The translations under genes were made by a program, and so were the position numbers. The notes below the pieces were generated by a model. That model saw only the letters and a list, made by a program, of their open reading frames with translations. It did no database searches and was not told the DNA's origin. This document shows, one piece after another, positions 15,170 through 31,137 of a stretch of DNA of 64,000 nt. This DNA comes from Pristiophorus japonicus. Its lineage: Eukaryota. The number at the start of each line of letters is the position of its first letter. Positions within the stretch are counted from its first letter, which is position 1. The stretch is from the NCBI RefSeq assembly GCF_044704955.1, contig NC_091980.1, positions 128,526,001-128,590,000 on the forward strand, written 5' to 3'.

Positions 15170-15740
15170 GTGGGCATCAGTGGAAAGGCTAGCATTTATT
15201 GGCCCCTCCCTAATTGCCCATGGAAACGTGGTGGTAAGTTGCCTTCTTGCAGTCCTGTGGTGAAGGTACATCCACAGTGCTGTTACGGAGGGAGTATCAT
15301 GATTTTGACCCAACGGCGATATATTTACAACTTGCAGGGGAAATTGCAGGTGATAGTGTTCCCATGCACATGGTGCCCATGTCCTTCTAGTTGGTAGAGC
15401 TCGCGGGTTGGCAGGTGCTGCTGAAGAAGCCTTATTGAGTTGCTGCAGTGCATCCTGTCGATGGTACGCCGGTGGTGGAGGCAGTGAATGTTGACGGTGA
15501 TGGATGGGGTGCCAATTAAGTGGGCTGCTTTGTCAGGGATGGTGTTGAGCTTCTGGGGAATTGTTGGAGCTGCACTCATCTAGGCAAGTGGAGAGTATTC
15601 CATCGCACTCCTGACTTGTGCCTTGTAGATGGTGGAAAGGCTTTGGGTTATCAGGAGGTGAGACACTCAACACAAAATACCCAGCCTCTGACCGGTCTTG
15701 TTGCCACAGTATTTGTGTGGCTGGTCCAGTTAAATTTCTG
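15170..15740 (-). mobile_element. HER1-like LINE 3' fragment
   Basis: Homologous to 42170-42780 (KLNTIPDKAAHLIGT). Confidence 0.75.
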
Positions 15741-16268
15741 GCCTTCAGTCCCACGCTACTGATCTTTGGGCATTCTGTGCGAAGGCGAGTGGGTAGGTCG
15801 GAAGGCTTCCTTGTAGGACTGCTGCTGGGCATTGCCAAGGTGACCATTAACTGGTCCAGGCAGCGGGCGGTCGAGGGGGTCGTTCAGCCTGACTGCCTGC
15901 CTCTCTTCCGTGCCTACATCCGGGCCAGGGTATCCCGAGAGATGGAGCACGCGGTGTCCACCGGTGCGATCGCATCCTTCCGCGAGAGATGGGCGCCGAG
16001 GGACTGGAGTGCATCATCACCCCCGGCAACCAAATTTTAATTTGATTTTATGTTTTAAAGTTTAATTTGTTTTCATTGCCGGGATTTTAGTGTCCCCCTC
16101 CACTTTTATAGGGGGCACTTGTAAAATATTGAATTTTAATGCCCTTAAAAAAAAACACAAAAAAAACCCCCAAAAAAACAAAAAAAGAGGGCTGTTATAA
16201 GTGTCTGGAGTGTCCCCCAGATCGGGGGGCACTCGATCTAATGTTTATTTGTACTCCCCAAAAAGAGT
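15741..16268 (+). mobile_element. Tx1 LINE 3' end (young tail) within a ~390-bp duplication
   Basis: FSPTLLIFGH..GLLLGIAK..DCLPLFRAYIRARV..FRERW (Tx1 ORF2 C-terminus); 3' UTR hairpins; ends AAAAGAGT. Confidence 0.85.
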
Positions 16269-16520
16269 TATTGACGGTGATGGATGGGGTGCCAATCAAG
16301 TGCCCTGCTTTGTCAGGGATGGTATTGATCTTCTGGGGAATTGTTGGAGCTGCACTCATCTAGGCAAGTGGAGAGTATTCCATCGCACTCCTGACTTGTG
16401 CCTTGTAGATGGTGGAAAGGCTTTGGGTTATCAAGAGGTGAGACACTCAACACAAAATACCCAGCCTCTGACCGGTCTTGTTGCCACTGTATTTATGTGG
16501 CTGGTCCAGTTACATTTCTG

Positions 16521-16795
16521 GCTTTCAGTCCCACGCTACTGATCTTTGGGCATTCTGTGCGAAGGCGAGTGGGTAGGTCGGAAGGCTTCCTTGTAGGACT
16601 GCTGCTGGGCATTGCCAAGGTGGCCATTAACCAGTCCAGGCAGCGGGCGGTCGAGGGTCATGTTCATCCCTACTGCCTGCCTCTATTCCATGGTTACGTT
16701 CAATCCAGGGTGTCCACCGGTACGCTCGCGGCCTTGCGTGAGAGGAGGACGCCGGCGGGACTGGAGTGCACCATCACCCCCAGGAACAGAATTTA
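16521..16795 (+). mobile_element. Tx1 LINE fragment (older resident copy)
   Basis: Same 5' junction as 15741 but diverges after ~16660. Confidence 0.75.
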
Positions 16796-17124
16796 TACTA
16801 GGTGTGTCTAACCTCCTAATGCCCCATGGTTTAGTGAGTGTTAGTACTCTAGAATATGGTGTCACAACAGGTCAATCTCTTGCACTATTCTGTAATATTT
16901 CTAGAGAGTCGTCAGCAGCACAACAAACTTTGTTATATCCATTCAATAAAAGTATTACAACAAAAATCAGGTATTTATTTTTAAATAAACTTCCCCGCCA
17001 CAAACTCCGTTCCCCAACCACGGACTCCATCCCTCTTCCTGGCCACTATCTGAGGCTGGACCAGACTGTTCACAACCACACTATCCAATTTGACCCTGAG
17101 CTGAGGTTTCAACTCCATATCCTC

Positions 17125-18180
17125 TCCGTGGTGGACATGGCTCTTGATCATGTCTGTCCATTTCCCGCAGCTCTGCTCTCACCCCTTCCCTCCCTCCCAG
17201 AACCACAATACTGTTCCCCTTGTCCACAACTTTACCCCACCAGCCATCACATTCAATGGATAATCATCCACCATTTCCACCACTTACCTTCCCCTCCCCT
17301 TTCAGCATTCCTAAGGGACCTCTCCCTCCGTGACACCCTGGTCCACTCCTCAATCACCTCCAACACTCCCTCCCTTTTCTGTAGCACATTCCTGTGAAGG
17401 AGATGCAACACCTGCCCTTTTATCTCCTCCCATCCCACTGTTCAGATCCTCAAACACTCCTTCCAGGTAAAACAGCGATTTACTTGTGTTTCAGTTCAAT
17501 TTAGTATACTCTATTCGCAGCTCACGATGTGGTCTCCTCTACACTGAGAAGAGCAAATGCAGATTGGGTGACCGCTTTGCGAAATACCTCTGTTCAGTCC
17601 GCAATTGTGACCCAGATTTTCCGATCGTCTGTAAAGTTAATTCTCCATTCCACTCTCAATCTGACCTCTCTGTCCTCAGCCTCTTGCACTGTTCTAGTGA
17701 AGCTCAACATAAGCTCCTCAGCTTTCTATTAGGCATGTTACAACCTTCTGGACTCAACATCGAGTTCAACAATTTCAGATCAGAACCTCTGTCCATATTT
17801 TTTTCAGATAGCAGCTGTTGATGATCCTGCTGCACCCATTTACACCTCTTCTAGACCCATCTTTTGTTCCTTTACTTGTCCCATTGCATCTCCTTTTGCT
17901 TTGTACTATCATACCTTGTGTCATTTAATCATTCCGGCCTTCCACCCTATCACAGACCTTCCCTTTTGTTCTTTCCTCCCCTCCCCCACCCCTTTCCCTG
18001 CCCCTGCATTTGCTTAAAATCTGTTACATCACTAACCTTTTCCAATTCTGGTGAAATGTCATCCTGAAACGTTAACTCTGTTTCTCTCTTCACAGATGCT
18101 GCCTGACCTGTTGAGTATTTCCAGCATTTTCTGTTTTTCTTTCAGATTTCCAGCACCCGCAGTATTTTGCTTTTGTTCCT
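17125..18180 (+). mobile_element. Penelope-like element fragment (GIY-YIG endonuclease)
   Basis: NLVYSIRSSRCGLLYTEKSKCRLGDRF (GIY-YIG-like), GLNIEF; paralogues at 26080-26478 and 57200-58458. Confidence 0.75.
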
Positions 18181-19004
18181 TTTCTTCTTTTAAGTAACTG
18201 AACACATTTTCAGATCAATGCCGTGTGACCTTGCATTAAACAAGAATTACTACTGCTGAGAATTTGATTGTGATCTTGATCAAACCTGATTTGCTTGGGC
18301 ATGTGGCTGTTTTAATCTCTTCCCCTCCAGAATATTGCCTTTGGTTCAGTGGTGGCCTAAGATGGTCATAGCTACAATTCTAATCTTAGCCTTTAACTGG
18401 TTTTAAACTTGGGTGAACTGGAGAAAGAGATTTCAGTGTAATCTGGTCACGGTAAGACCTTGCCCCTCATGTTTGAACCACTTTGCCAAGGGCGTACTGT
18501 TCCAGTCCAGAGTCTGCACCTTCAAGAATTACTGCTGAGAGTCTTTCTATTTTGGGAACAGCAGGAAAGTGTTCGCTGAAACTGGTGTCGAACCAAAGCA
18601 AAAGGAACGCTGGATGAGGCCTCACTAAATGCACATATCATATGGAAAGGAAGAATTGGTAACATAGTTAGATATCTTAATGTAAACTGCTAATCTATAT
18701 ACTACCAGCCTCTGTGAACTAGGCCAATGATCACAGAGAATGATTTAACATAGTGCAATTTTCTCTTCGAGTCATATTCATCTAAATGTAATTATTGACG
18801 ATAATGGACCAAAATAGTGAATTTGCAATTAATGGATATGAGCCTTTCCCTCAGTTATGAAATAACTAAACTGTTGTTTGAATTCAAATACCAGTGGTTA
18901 CCAGGATGTAATAGGTGCGGAATCACCTCAGTCTCATTGCAGCCTTTAAACCTCCCTGACTCAAAGAGGAAAAGAGGAGATTCAGCCTTTGTTCAGCTAT
19001 ATGT

Positions 19005-20670
19005 TCGAGGTACAATAGTGCAGTGGTTATGTTACTGGACTATTAATCCAGAGGCCTGGACCAATAATACACGGAATGTGAGTTTAAATCCCACCATCAT
19101 TTGGATTCAGTTTAAAATGTAAAACAACCTGATATCAGGAACCATGGACTTTTTGGATTGTTGTAAAAATCCAACTGGCTCACTAATTTCCTTTTAGGGA
19201 AGGAGACCTGCTGTCCTTACCCAGTCTGGCTTATATGTGACTCCATTTGCACAGTAATGTGGTTGATTCTTACATAAGAACATAAGAAATAGGAACAGGA
19301 GTAGACCATATGGCCCCACGAGCCTGCTCCACCATTCAATAAGTTCATGGCTGATCTGATCATGGACTCAGCTCCACTTCCCTGCCCGCTCCTCATAACC
19401 TCTTATCCACTTATCGTTTAAGAAACTGTCTATTTCTGTCTTAAGTTTATTCAATGTCCCAGCTTCCACAGCTCTCTGAGGCAGCAAATTCCTCAGATTT
19501 ACAACCCTCTGAGAGAAGAAATTTCTCCTCATCTCAGTTTTAAATGGGCGGCCCCTTATTCTAAGATCATGCTCCCTAGTTCTAGTCTCCCCCATCAGTG
19601 GAAATATCCCTTCTGCATCCACCTTATCAAGCCCCCTCATAATCTTATATGTTTCGATAAGATCACCTCTCATTCTTCTGAATTCCAATGAGTAGAGGCA
19701 CAACCTTCTCAACCTTTCCTCATATGTCAACCTCCTCATCTCTGGAATCAACCTAGTGAACTTTCTCTGAACTGCCTCCAAAGCAAGTACACCCTTTCGT
19801 AAATATGGAAACCAAAACTGTACGCAGTATTCTAGGTGTGGCCTCAGCAATACCCTGTAGAGCTGTAGTAAGACTTCCCTGCTTTTATACTCCATCCCCT
19901 TTGCAATAAAGGCCAAGATTCCATTGGCCTTCCTAATCACGTGCTATACCTGCATACTATCCTCTTATGTTTCATGCACAAGTATCCCCAGATCCCACTG
20001 TACTGAAGCATTTTGCAATCTATTTTCCATTTAAACAATATATTGCTCTTTGATTTTTCTCTGCCAAAGTACATGACCTCACACTTTCCAACATTATACT
20101 CCATCTGTCAAATTTTCTCCATTCACTTAGCCTGTCTATGTATTTTTGTGTCCTCCTCACACATTGCTTTTCCTCCCATCTTTGTATTGTCAGCAAACTT
20201 GGCTACATTACACTCAATCCCTTCTGCAAGTCGTTAATATAGATTGTAAACAGTTGGCAGCCCAGCACTGATCACTGCAGCACCCCACTAGTTATTGATT
20301 GCCAACCAGAGAATGAACCATTTATCTCGACTCTCTGTTTTCTGTTAGTTAGCCAATCCTCTATGCATGCTAATATATTACCCCCAACCCTGTGAACTTT
20401 TATCTTGAGCAATAACGTTTTATGTGGCAACTTGTCAAATACCTTCTGGACTTCCAAATACACCACATCCACTGGTTCCCCTTTATCCATCCTGTTTGTT
20501 ACAGCCTCAAAAAATTCCAGCAAATTTTCTCTGAAGTGACCGAGCACGGTATCTCTCAACCATTGAGTACCTGAACATGGTTCAAAGAAGGAGTCTCACC
20601 AGCACCTTCTCAGGGCAACTAGGGATAGGCAATGAATGTCGGCCTTGCCAGCGACATCCAAACTTGGGCA
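19005..20670 (+). mobile_element. tRNA-derived SINE (HE1-like) split by a CR1 insertion
   Basis: A-box-like TAGTGCAGTGG and B-box-like GAGTTTAAATCCC; tail shared with the HER1-like LINE; uninterrupted paralogue at 31650-32045. Confidence 0.7.
19273..20527 (-). mobile_element. CR1 LINE, 5'-truncated
   Basis: ORF 19368-19940 (RPHLEYCVQFW..RRNFFSQRVV); ACATAAGA tail repeats at 19273; absent from the paralogous SINE. Confidence 0.9.
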
Positions 20671-20974
20671 TGTTACGAAGTTCAAAGCAATGAGACCAAA
20701 TCTCCAGTAGTTCCTCCTACAGTTACCTGGCTGCTTTCTCCATCTCTTCAGCCTGTCTTCCCCTTGCTGTGCAGCACTTGGCTCAAGTTCCTGCTGTTTG
20801 TATCAATCTTGTTTTATATTTCCCAACCACTCTCTGCGCTCAGCTCTAACACGTGGTCTAACACGAGAGATGAGACTGGGATCACCGGAGGCAGATAAAT
20901 TTGAGATTTCACAGATGATTGAGTTAGTTATTGGCAGAGTGGGTAACAGAGAGCTTTTAGTTTCGGGGATCAGT

Positions 20975-21395
20975 CAGGTGGACTCAGTGGGTAGCACTCT
21001 CGTCTCTGAGTCAGAAGGTTGTGGGTTCAAGTCCCCACTCCAGAGATGTGAACACAGAATCTCGGCTGACACTACAGTGCAGTCATGAGGGAGTTTCAAT
21101 CGTGGCCCTGACTGCCCTCTGAGCTGGACATAACAGATCCCATAGCAATACTTTGAAGAAGAGCAGGGGAGTTATCCCCGGTGACCTGGCCAATATTTAT
21201 TCCTCAACCAATGTCACTGAAAACAGATAATGTGGTCATGTTCACCTTGCTGTTTGTGGGGCCTTGCTGCGTGCAAATTGGCTGCAATATTTCCTACATT
21301 TCAACAGTCACTGTGCTTCAAAACATACTTCATTGGCTGTGAAGCGGTCAGGGTCAGCCTGAGATTGTGAAAGGCGCTATATAAATGCAAGTCTT
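20975..21395 (+). mobile_element. tRNA-derived SINE with L2-type tail (SacSINE1/Deu-like)
   Basis: GACTCAGTGGGTAGC..GGGTTCAAGTCCC head; GTGAAAGGCGCTATATAAATGCAAG tail; paralogue at 32345-32800. Confidence 0.6.
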
Positions 21396-22119
21396 CCGTT
21401 TTGGCCTGCAGTCTATTTCATTGCTTCTAAAATTTAATGATAAAAAACACGAACTGAACATCCTATGGTCCCTTCCACATTCTAGCTGATGTGTGTACTG
21501 GTGCTCACGAAACTTGGAAGTGATGGAGTATCTGAGCACTTGTGTTTGACACATTGATCACGAGCACTTTGAATTCATCTGACCCACTGTTGGTTCCTTT
21601 GCACACTCACTGATCTGTTTGGATGTTGCAGAAAATCGCAGATACCTTCAAATGACCAACCCACAGAACCATCCAGAACTATTAAAAAGACACTAACTCG
21701 CAAACAACAGAGGATTCAATGAACCTTTCAAGGTGGCCATTAACTGGTCCAGGCAGAGCACGGTCGATGGGGTGTTCTCTCTGTCTGCCTGTCTCTCTTC
21801 TGCGGCTATGTCCGTGCCCGTGTGTCCCTGGAGAGGGACCACGCGGTGTCTGCCGGTATGTTGGAGGCTTTCCATGAACGGTGGGCACCAGAGGGACTGG
21901 AGTGCAGCGTGGATACAGGACACTAAATTATAATTTTAAAAGTGCTTGTTAGTTTTGTCATATTTGGAACTTATTGTTTATTCATCCTTATAAAAGGGAC
22001 ATTTGTTTTAATTTTTTCCCAATTGATTAGCCGAAAGAGTAGAGGATTGCTTTCAACCTGTGATTCTGAATATTTGAACTGTGTTTGAGGAAAGTTAGGA
22101 CAGTTGAGATCCTCATTGA

Positions 22120-22295
22120 GTTGTCAACCAATGATGCTCATTCATCAAATATCTGACTGGCTCTGGGAGTCCAGCTCCCCTCCTCCCTTTAGTTGATTGG
22201 TGCTCTGAGAGGCTGCAATTTCTGATTGGGTAATGAGGAATGTCATTTATCATCTAACCTGCCACACCCTGGATTATCCAGCAGTACAAATACAG
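22120..22295 (+). promoter_or_regulatory. Ferritin copy 2 promoter, TATA mutated to TACAAA
   Basis: Paralogous CCAAT/ATTGG/ATTGG block; TACAAATA at 22285. Confidence 0.65.
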
Positions 22296-22362
22296 GAGTT
22301 TGCGGTTGGTTAATTCTTAGTTTGGTGCTTCAACAAACTTTGTTTTGGGAAAAAGAATCAAG

Positions 22363-25055
<2,693 letters not shown>

Positions 25056-26479
25056 ACTGTCTGACTGACTGGATCAAGATTATTGTGTTTAGTACTTGTA
25101 TGTATAATAACTGAGACCCCTGTTCTGTAAGGAATGATGGCTTGTGATGTTGGACAAAGATCTGAGACTGAGGCTCTTGGTGTGAAATGTAACATTACTG
25201 TAAATAAACTGTTCAACATTGGACTGGGTTTTGTCTCCTTGTATGTTTGAGTGGTTGTTAAATTAAAAATAACATGACTGACATCAGACAAGAATTACAC
25301 TGAGTTGTGCAACAGTGTTATGGGTTTCAGTTGTATGAAATTTGTTTTTCCTCTGGGGTTTGAGTTGTATATTCAGACACTTGTTGCAGGGTGTGAAATG
25401 GTTGAGGGTGTGTTTAGACCGTTAACAGCCACATGAGATATTGACTGAGGAGAGACAAATCATGGTCAGAGGTAGGTTTTAGGGAGTGTCTTAAATAGGT
25501 TCAGAGAGGGAATGGCAGAGCGTGGTATTTAGTCAGCAGATTAAAAATACCTGTTCCCACGAGTGAACATTCTCTCTACCATTACATAACTGATAACTCC
25601 ATACCACAAAATAAAGGTTGCTGTAACAAGTTAAACACCAGCAATATTTCCTACTCAATCAGTCTTACCATTTCAGATCAGTAAAGGAAAAAGTCCAGGA
25701 TTAGCATCTTATTAAATAAGTATATTGGCCCTGGAATTAGCAGTTTGTATTCAGTCACTGCTGCAGATCCTGTTCAGTTATTATTGCAGGTTGTTTAGTA
25801 ACTGAACTCACCACTGCTGCTGTAGACTTCCTGTTAAGCTTTGTAAGCAGACTAGCAGCTGCTGTACAGACCACCAGTGTCCGAGTGCATTGAACCCCGG
25901 GGACAATTGGATGAGGAGGGAAAGCAATAATTGGTATCAGCTTGCTGTCACAGCTTCATTGGTTAGTGTGGATACCCTCGTGTGGTGGTTCTGGGACAGC
26001 TTCTCTTCTGCCCGCTCCGATCATGACCGAATAACTTGGCCTCCTGATCAATGCTCACATGAATGCCTGCCAGTGCCGCTGGACTCCATTTCCCACAGTT
26101 ATACACCAATCCCTTTCCCTCACTCGCAGATCCACGATGCAGTTCCCCTTGTCCTCACCTTCCTTACCAGGAGCGTCCACATTCAACGAATCATCCTCTG
26201 CCTTTTCTGCCACCTCGGGCAACCCGACTCGCTAACACAACTTCCCTTTCCCTCCCCTTTCAGCATTGTGAAGTGACCTGTCTGGCCGTGACACTCTGGT
26301 CCTCAATCACCCAAAAGACCCCCTTCCTTTCCCACGGTACATTCCTGTGAAAATGCAGGAGATACTTATTGAATCGGATGCTCCTTTTCCCACTGTTCAG
26401 AGCACCAAACACTCCTTCCAGTTCAAACAGCAAATTAATTGTACTCCTTGCAATTTAGTATATTGTTTTCGCTGCTTGA

Positions 26480-29400
26480 TGTCATGTATCTTACATTATT
26501 ATATATAACTGTATCCTAACATGCTATACATGACTATAATAAGATATGACCTGTAACCACCAGCATACCTTACCACCAGGGGTGCACTGGCAAGAGACAG
26601 GTATATAAGGACAGGTCTGAGGCAAGTGCAGCATTCCAGAGCTGTGAAATAAAGGTGCAGGTCCAGAGTGACCTTGACTTCACAACATGCCTCGTGTGAA
26701 TCTGTACTGAGGGGACAGGACTTTACAGTGGCGACGAGTTACGGGATTACAGAATCCACAGAATGGCGAACAACGGATCAGATGAAAAGTACAATGCGGG
26801 AGACAATTGGGAGGACTTTATAGAAAGGCTCCAGCAAAGCTTGTAAGCAAAGACTGGTTAGGCAACGATAAGGCAGACAAGAGAAGAGCCCATCTCTTGA
26901 CCAGCTGTGGCTCGAAAACATCTGCTTTAATGAAGGATCTGTTGGCACCCGAGAAACCAGCAAGCAAGTCGTTTGAAGAATTGAGCACACTGGTAAGAGA
27001 CCACCTGAAGCCAGCGAGCAGCCTACACATGGCCAGACACAGGTTCTACAACTACAGACGCTGTGTGGGCCAGAGCATACCCGACTTCGTGGCAGAACTT
27101 CGGAGGTTGGCTAGTTTATGTGAGTTCTCCGATGAACTGAGGAGAGAAATGCTGAGAGACTTTTTCATTGAAGGAATAGGCCACGCAGACATATTCTTAA
27201 AGCTCATAGAGACCAAGAACCTGACCTTAGAGGCAGCAGCACTGGTTGCACAGATATTTTTGGTAGAGGAAGAAGAAACGAGGTTGATTTACAATGCAGG
27301 TACGACAACTAACAAAATATCGGAACAAGAAGTTCACAGCACTAAACAAGCTGCTACCCACACACACAGGCTCTCGACAGCAGGCAGAAGCCATCAAGGG
27401 CCACAGGAACGGCCGTTCACACCTCATCAACCCACAATGCGAGCAATCAACTACAAACTGAGAGAAGCTCAAGAGAGATCAGCCAGACGCAGAACAGGTC
27501 TGTGCTGGCGGTGTGGGGGTGGGCACTCATCAAGGGGATGTCGATTTCGGCAGGCTGTTTGCAGAAATTGTAAATATACAGGGCATTTGGCCCGCATGTG
27601 CAAGAAAACGGCAGCTCGGCTGGTATACGAATCAGATGGGTCGGAAAGCGGACCAGAAGATGGTGGGGACAGTACCCGGGACACCGATGTACAGCGGGTC
27701 AACACGATCAATGGCTGCTGCTCCTACAACAGGACGCCTCCTATAATGATGAGGGTCCTACTCAACGGGATATCTGTTAACATGGAGCTGGATACGGGAG
27801 CGAGTCAATCTCTCATGGGCGCTCAACAATTTGAACAACTGTGGCCGCATAAAAGAGACAGACCAAAACTCACAAGGGTCGACACCAAATTAAGGACCTA
27901 TACCAAAGAAATCGTACCAGCCCTCGGCAGCGCCATGCTCTCTGTCACACACAAAGAGACAGTAAACCGACTTCTCCTGTGGATTGTCCCCAGAGACCCC
28001 CCAGCACTGCTGGGGAGAAGCTGGCTGGCAAAACTAAACTGGAAATGGGATGATGTCCATGCTATGTCACTAGAGGAACGGACCTCCTGCTCAACAGTTA
28101 TAAAGCGATTTGAACATCTCTTTCAGCCAGGTGTGGGCACTTTCAAAGGGGCCAAAGTCAAAATCTAGATCACACAAGATGCTAGACCGGTCCATCACAA
28201 GGCCAGAGCTGTACCCTATGTGATGAGGGAAAAGATTGAACACGAACTAGACAGGCTTCTGCGGGAAGACATTATATCACCTGTGGAATTTAGCGACTGG
28301 GCAAGTCCCATCGTCCCAGTACGAATCTGTGGGAACTACAAATCTACCATAAACAGAGTCTCCCGACAGGACCAGTACCCGCTGCCCAGAGCGGAGGACT
28401 TATTTGCCTCATTGGCTGGAGGTAAACTTTTCTCAAAATTAGACCTCACATCTGCGTATATGACGCAAGAATTGACCGAGGAATCCAAGCTACTCACCAC
28501 CATCAACACACATCGAGGCCTTTTCATGTACAATCGATGCCCATTCGGCATCAGGTCGGCAGCTGCTATATTCCAGCGCAATATGGAGAGTGTGCTCAAG
28601 TCCATCCCGGGGACAGTTGTATTTCAAGACGACATACTTATCACGATCAGGGATACCGACTCCGATCTCCGTAATTTGGAGGAAGTACTGAAGCAGTTGG
28701 ATCGGGTAGATCTACGAGTCAAGAAATCCAAATGCCTGTTTCTTGCACCCGAGCTTGAATTTTTGGGCAGAAGGATTGCCGCTGATGGAATCCGGCCAAC
28801 AGAGTCCAAAACAGAAGCAATTTGCCTGGCACCCAGGCCCCGGAATGTCTCAGAACTGCATGCCTTTTTCGGGCTAATCAATTACTTTGCAAACTTTATG
28901 CAGAACTTAAGCACGCTGCTGGAGCCTCTCCATGTGCTACTCAGGAAGGGCTGCGATTGGTTTTGGGGGGACGCCCAGGAACGCGCCTTCAATAAGGCAC
29001 GCAACCTTCTGTGTTCCAACAGTGTTCTGACTTTCTATGACCTAGGTAAAAAGCTAGTTCTCACATGCGATGTTTCAGCGTATTGGGTCGGGTGCGTTTT
29101 GCAACATGTCAATAGTGCGGGCAAATTACAACCCATAGCTTATGCCTCCAGGTCACTTTCGTGGGCAGAGCGCGGGTACGGAATGGTAGAGAAGGAAGCG
29201 CTCGCGTGCGTGTACGGTGTCAAAAAGATGCACCAATACTTTCTCGGGGCCGAGTTCGCATTAAAAACCGACCACAAGCCCCTCACATCCCTCCTATCTG
29301 AGAGCAAGGCAATAAACGCCAACGCCACGGCGCGAATTCAACGGTGGGCACTCATTCTGGCGTCCTACGACTATACCATAAGGTACAGACCAGGCACAGA

Positions 29401-31137
29401 CAACTGTGCCGACGCGCTTAGCAGGCTACCCCTGGTGACCACGGAAGGGTCTGATGAACAGAACTGTGTGATAGTCATGGCAATCAATGCCTTTGAGTCC
29501 ACAGGCTCGCCAAATCAGAGCCTGGACGGCCAGTGACCCCACGTTATCCTTCGTAAAAAGATGTGCCCTAACCGATGACTGGGCAGAGGCTCGCGATGCC
29601 TGCCCCGAGGAATTAAAACCCTTTCACAGACGCATGCATGAGCTATCACTACAAGCAGACTGCCTGATGTGGGGCAGCCGAGTAGTCATGCCCCTGCGAG
29701 GCAGAGAGGCATTTGTCCGGGAGCTCCACCGCGAGCACCCGTAGATCGTTCTCATGAAGACCATGGCCAGATCCCACGTCTGGTGGCCTGGTATTGACAC
29801 AAACTTGGAGCTCTGCGTCCGAAGGTGCACCATTTGTGCCCAACTCAGCAATGCCCCCAGGGAGGCTCCATTGAGCCCCTGGCCTACCAAACCGTGGTCG
29901 AGGGTGCACGTAGACTATGCGGGCCCATTCATGAGCAAAATGTTCCTCGTAGTTATAGATGCATTTTCAAAGTGGATCGAGTGCACCATTTTAAACTCGA
30001 GCACAACCTCCACCACTGTGGAGAGCCTCGCAACCATGTTTGCAACGCACGGAATCCCTGACATATTGGTCAGTGGCAATGGTCCGTGCTTCACCAGCGC
30101 AGAATTCCAAGACTTTATAATTGACCACGGCATAAATCATGTCAAGACAGCACCGTTCTAGCCGGTCTCCAATGGCCAGGCGAAGAGAGCAGTGCAAATC
30201 ATTAAACAAGGCATGCTTAAAATCCAAGGTCCCACGCTGCAGGGTCGCCTGTCATGACTGCTACTGGCATGCAGATCTCGTCCGCACTCACTGACTGTGA
30301 TCCCCCCCGCGCAACTGTTGATGAAAAGGACTTTAAAAACATGACTCTCATTAATCCTCCCAGGCATGCACGAAATCTTTGAGGCAAAGCGCCGTAAGCT
30401 GACTGAGTACCATGACAGAAATTCAAGGGGGAGATGGAATGAGATAGGGGACAAAGTGTTTGTACTAAACTATAGCAGGGGTCCCAAATGGCTTGCAGGG
30501 ACAGTAACGGGCAAGGAAGGAAACAGGCTACTGGTAGTACAAATGGACAATGGCAAAACCTGGCGGAGGCATGTAGACCAAGTCAAAAGCAGATTTACCA
30601 ACAACACTGCGGAACCAGAGGCAGACTACAATATGGAACTCGCACCACACCTGGTGGACAGACAGAGGGGACAACCTGAGGAAAGGGCAATCCCAACAGA
30701 CAGCCCAGGTGAGTCAACAACAATCACACCAATCGAAACAGACAGCCCAAGCGAGATACCAGCAACCACACCCAAAGAAAAACAGACACCAAGGCAAACA
30801 GCTGAATCACAACTCAGACGCTCCAAGCAAGAGCGTAGACCACCTGAGAGACTGAACCTATAAAGACAATAAGACCTTGGGGGAGGGTGATGTCATGTAT
30901 CTTACATTATTATATATAACTGTATCCTAACATACTATACATGACTGTAATAAGATATGACCTGTAACCACCAGCATACCTTACCACCAGGGGTGCACTT
31001 GCAAGAGACAGGTATATAAGGACAGGTCTCAGGCAAGTGCAGCATTCCGGAGCTGTGAAATAAAGGTGCAGGTCCAAAGTGACCTTGACTTCACTATATG
31101 CCTCGTGTGAATCTGTACTGAGGGACAGGACTTTACA
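26480..31137 (+). mobile_element. Ty3/Gypsy LTR retrotransposon, full-length, lightly decayed
   Basis: LTRs 26480-26727 and 30891-31137 (TGT..ACA; ~8 substitutions + 1 indel by eye); PBS TGGCGACGAG at 26729; PPT GGGGGAGGG at ~30879; gag with zinc knuckles, protease LDTGA, RT FQDD, RNase H, integrase HVDYAGPF; several stops/frameshifts. Confidence 0.97.
26807..30863 (+). pseudogene. Gypsy gag-pol, disrupted
   Basis: ORFs 26807-28168 (gag-PR), 28220-29536 (RT-RH), 29754-30161 and 30366-30863 (IN), separated by stops/frameshifts. Confidence 0.9.

Larger units (their letters stand above)
18298..22330 (+). repeat. Segmental-duplication block upstream of copy 2, paralogous to 31138-35640
   Basis: Colinear non-repeat sequence, e.g. 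GGCATGTGGCT.TTTTAATCTCTTCCCCTCCAGAATA at 18298 and 31138; same SINEs in the same order. Confidence 0.9.

Noticed and set aside
20975-21040. tRNA-like A/B boxes as tRNA genes (also 19015, 31655, 32350)
   Set aside because: They are SINE heads with bodies and LINE-derived tails; no full cloverleaf is evident.
26807-29536. Long gag/pol ORFs as a domesticated gene or active element
   Set aside because: In-frame stops, frameshifts and small deletions within an LTR-bounded element indicate ordinary decay.
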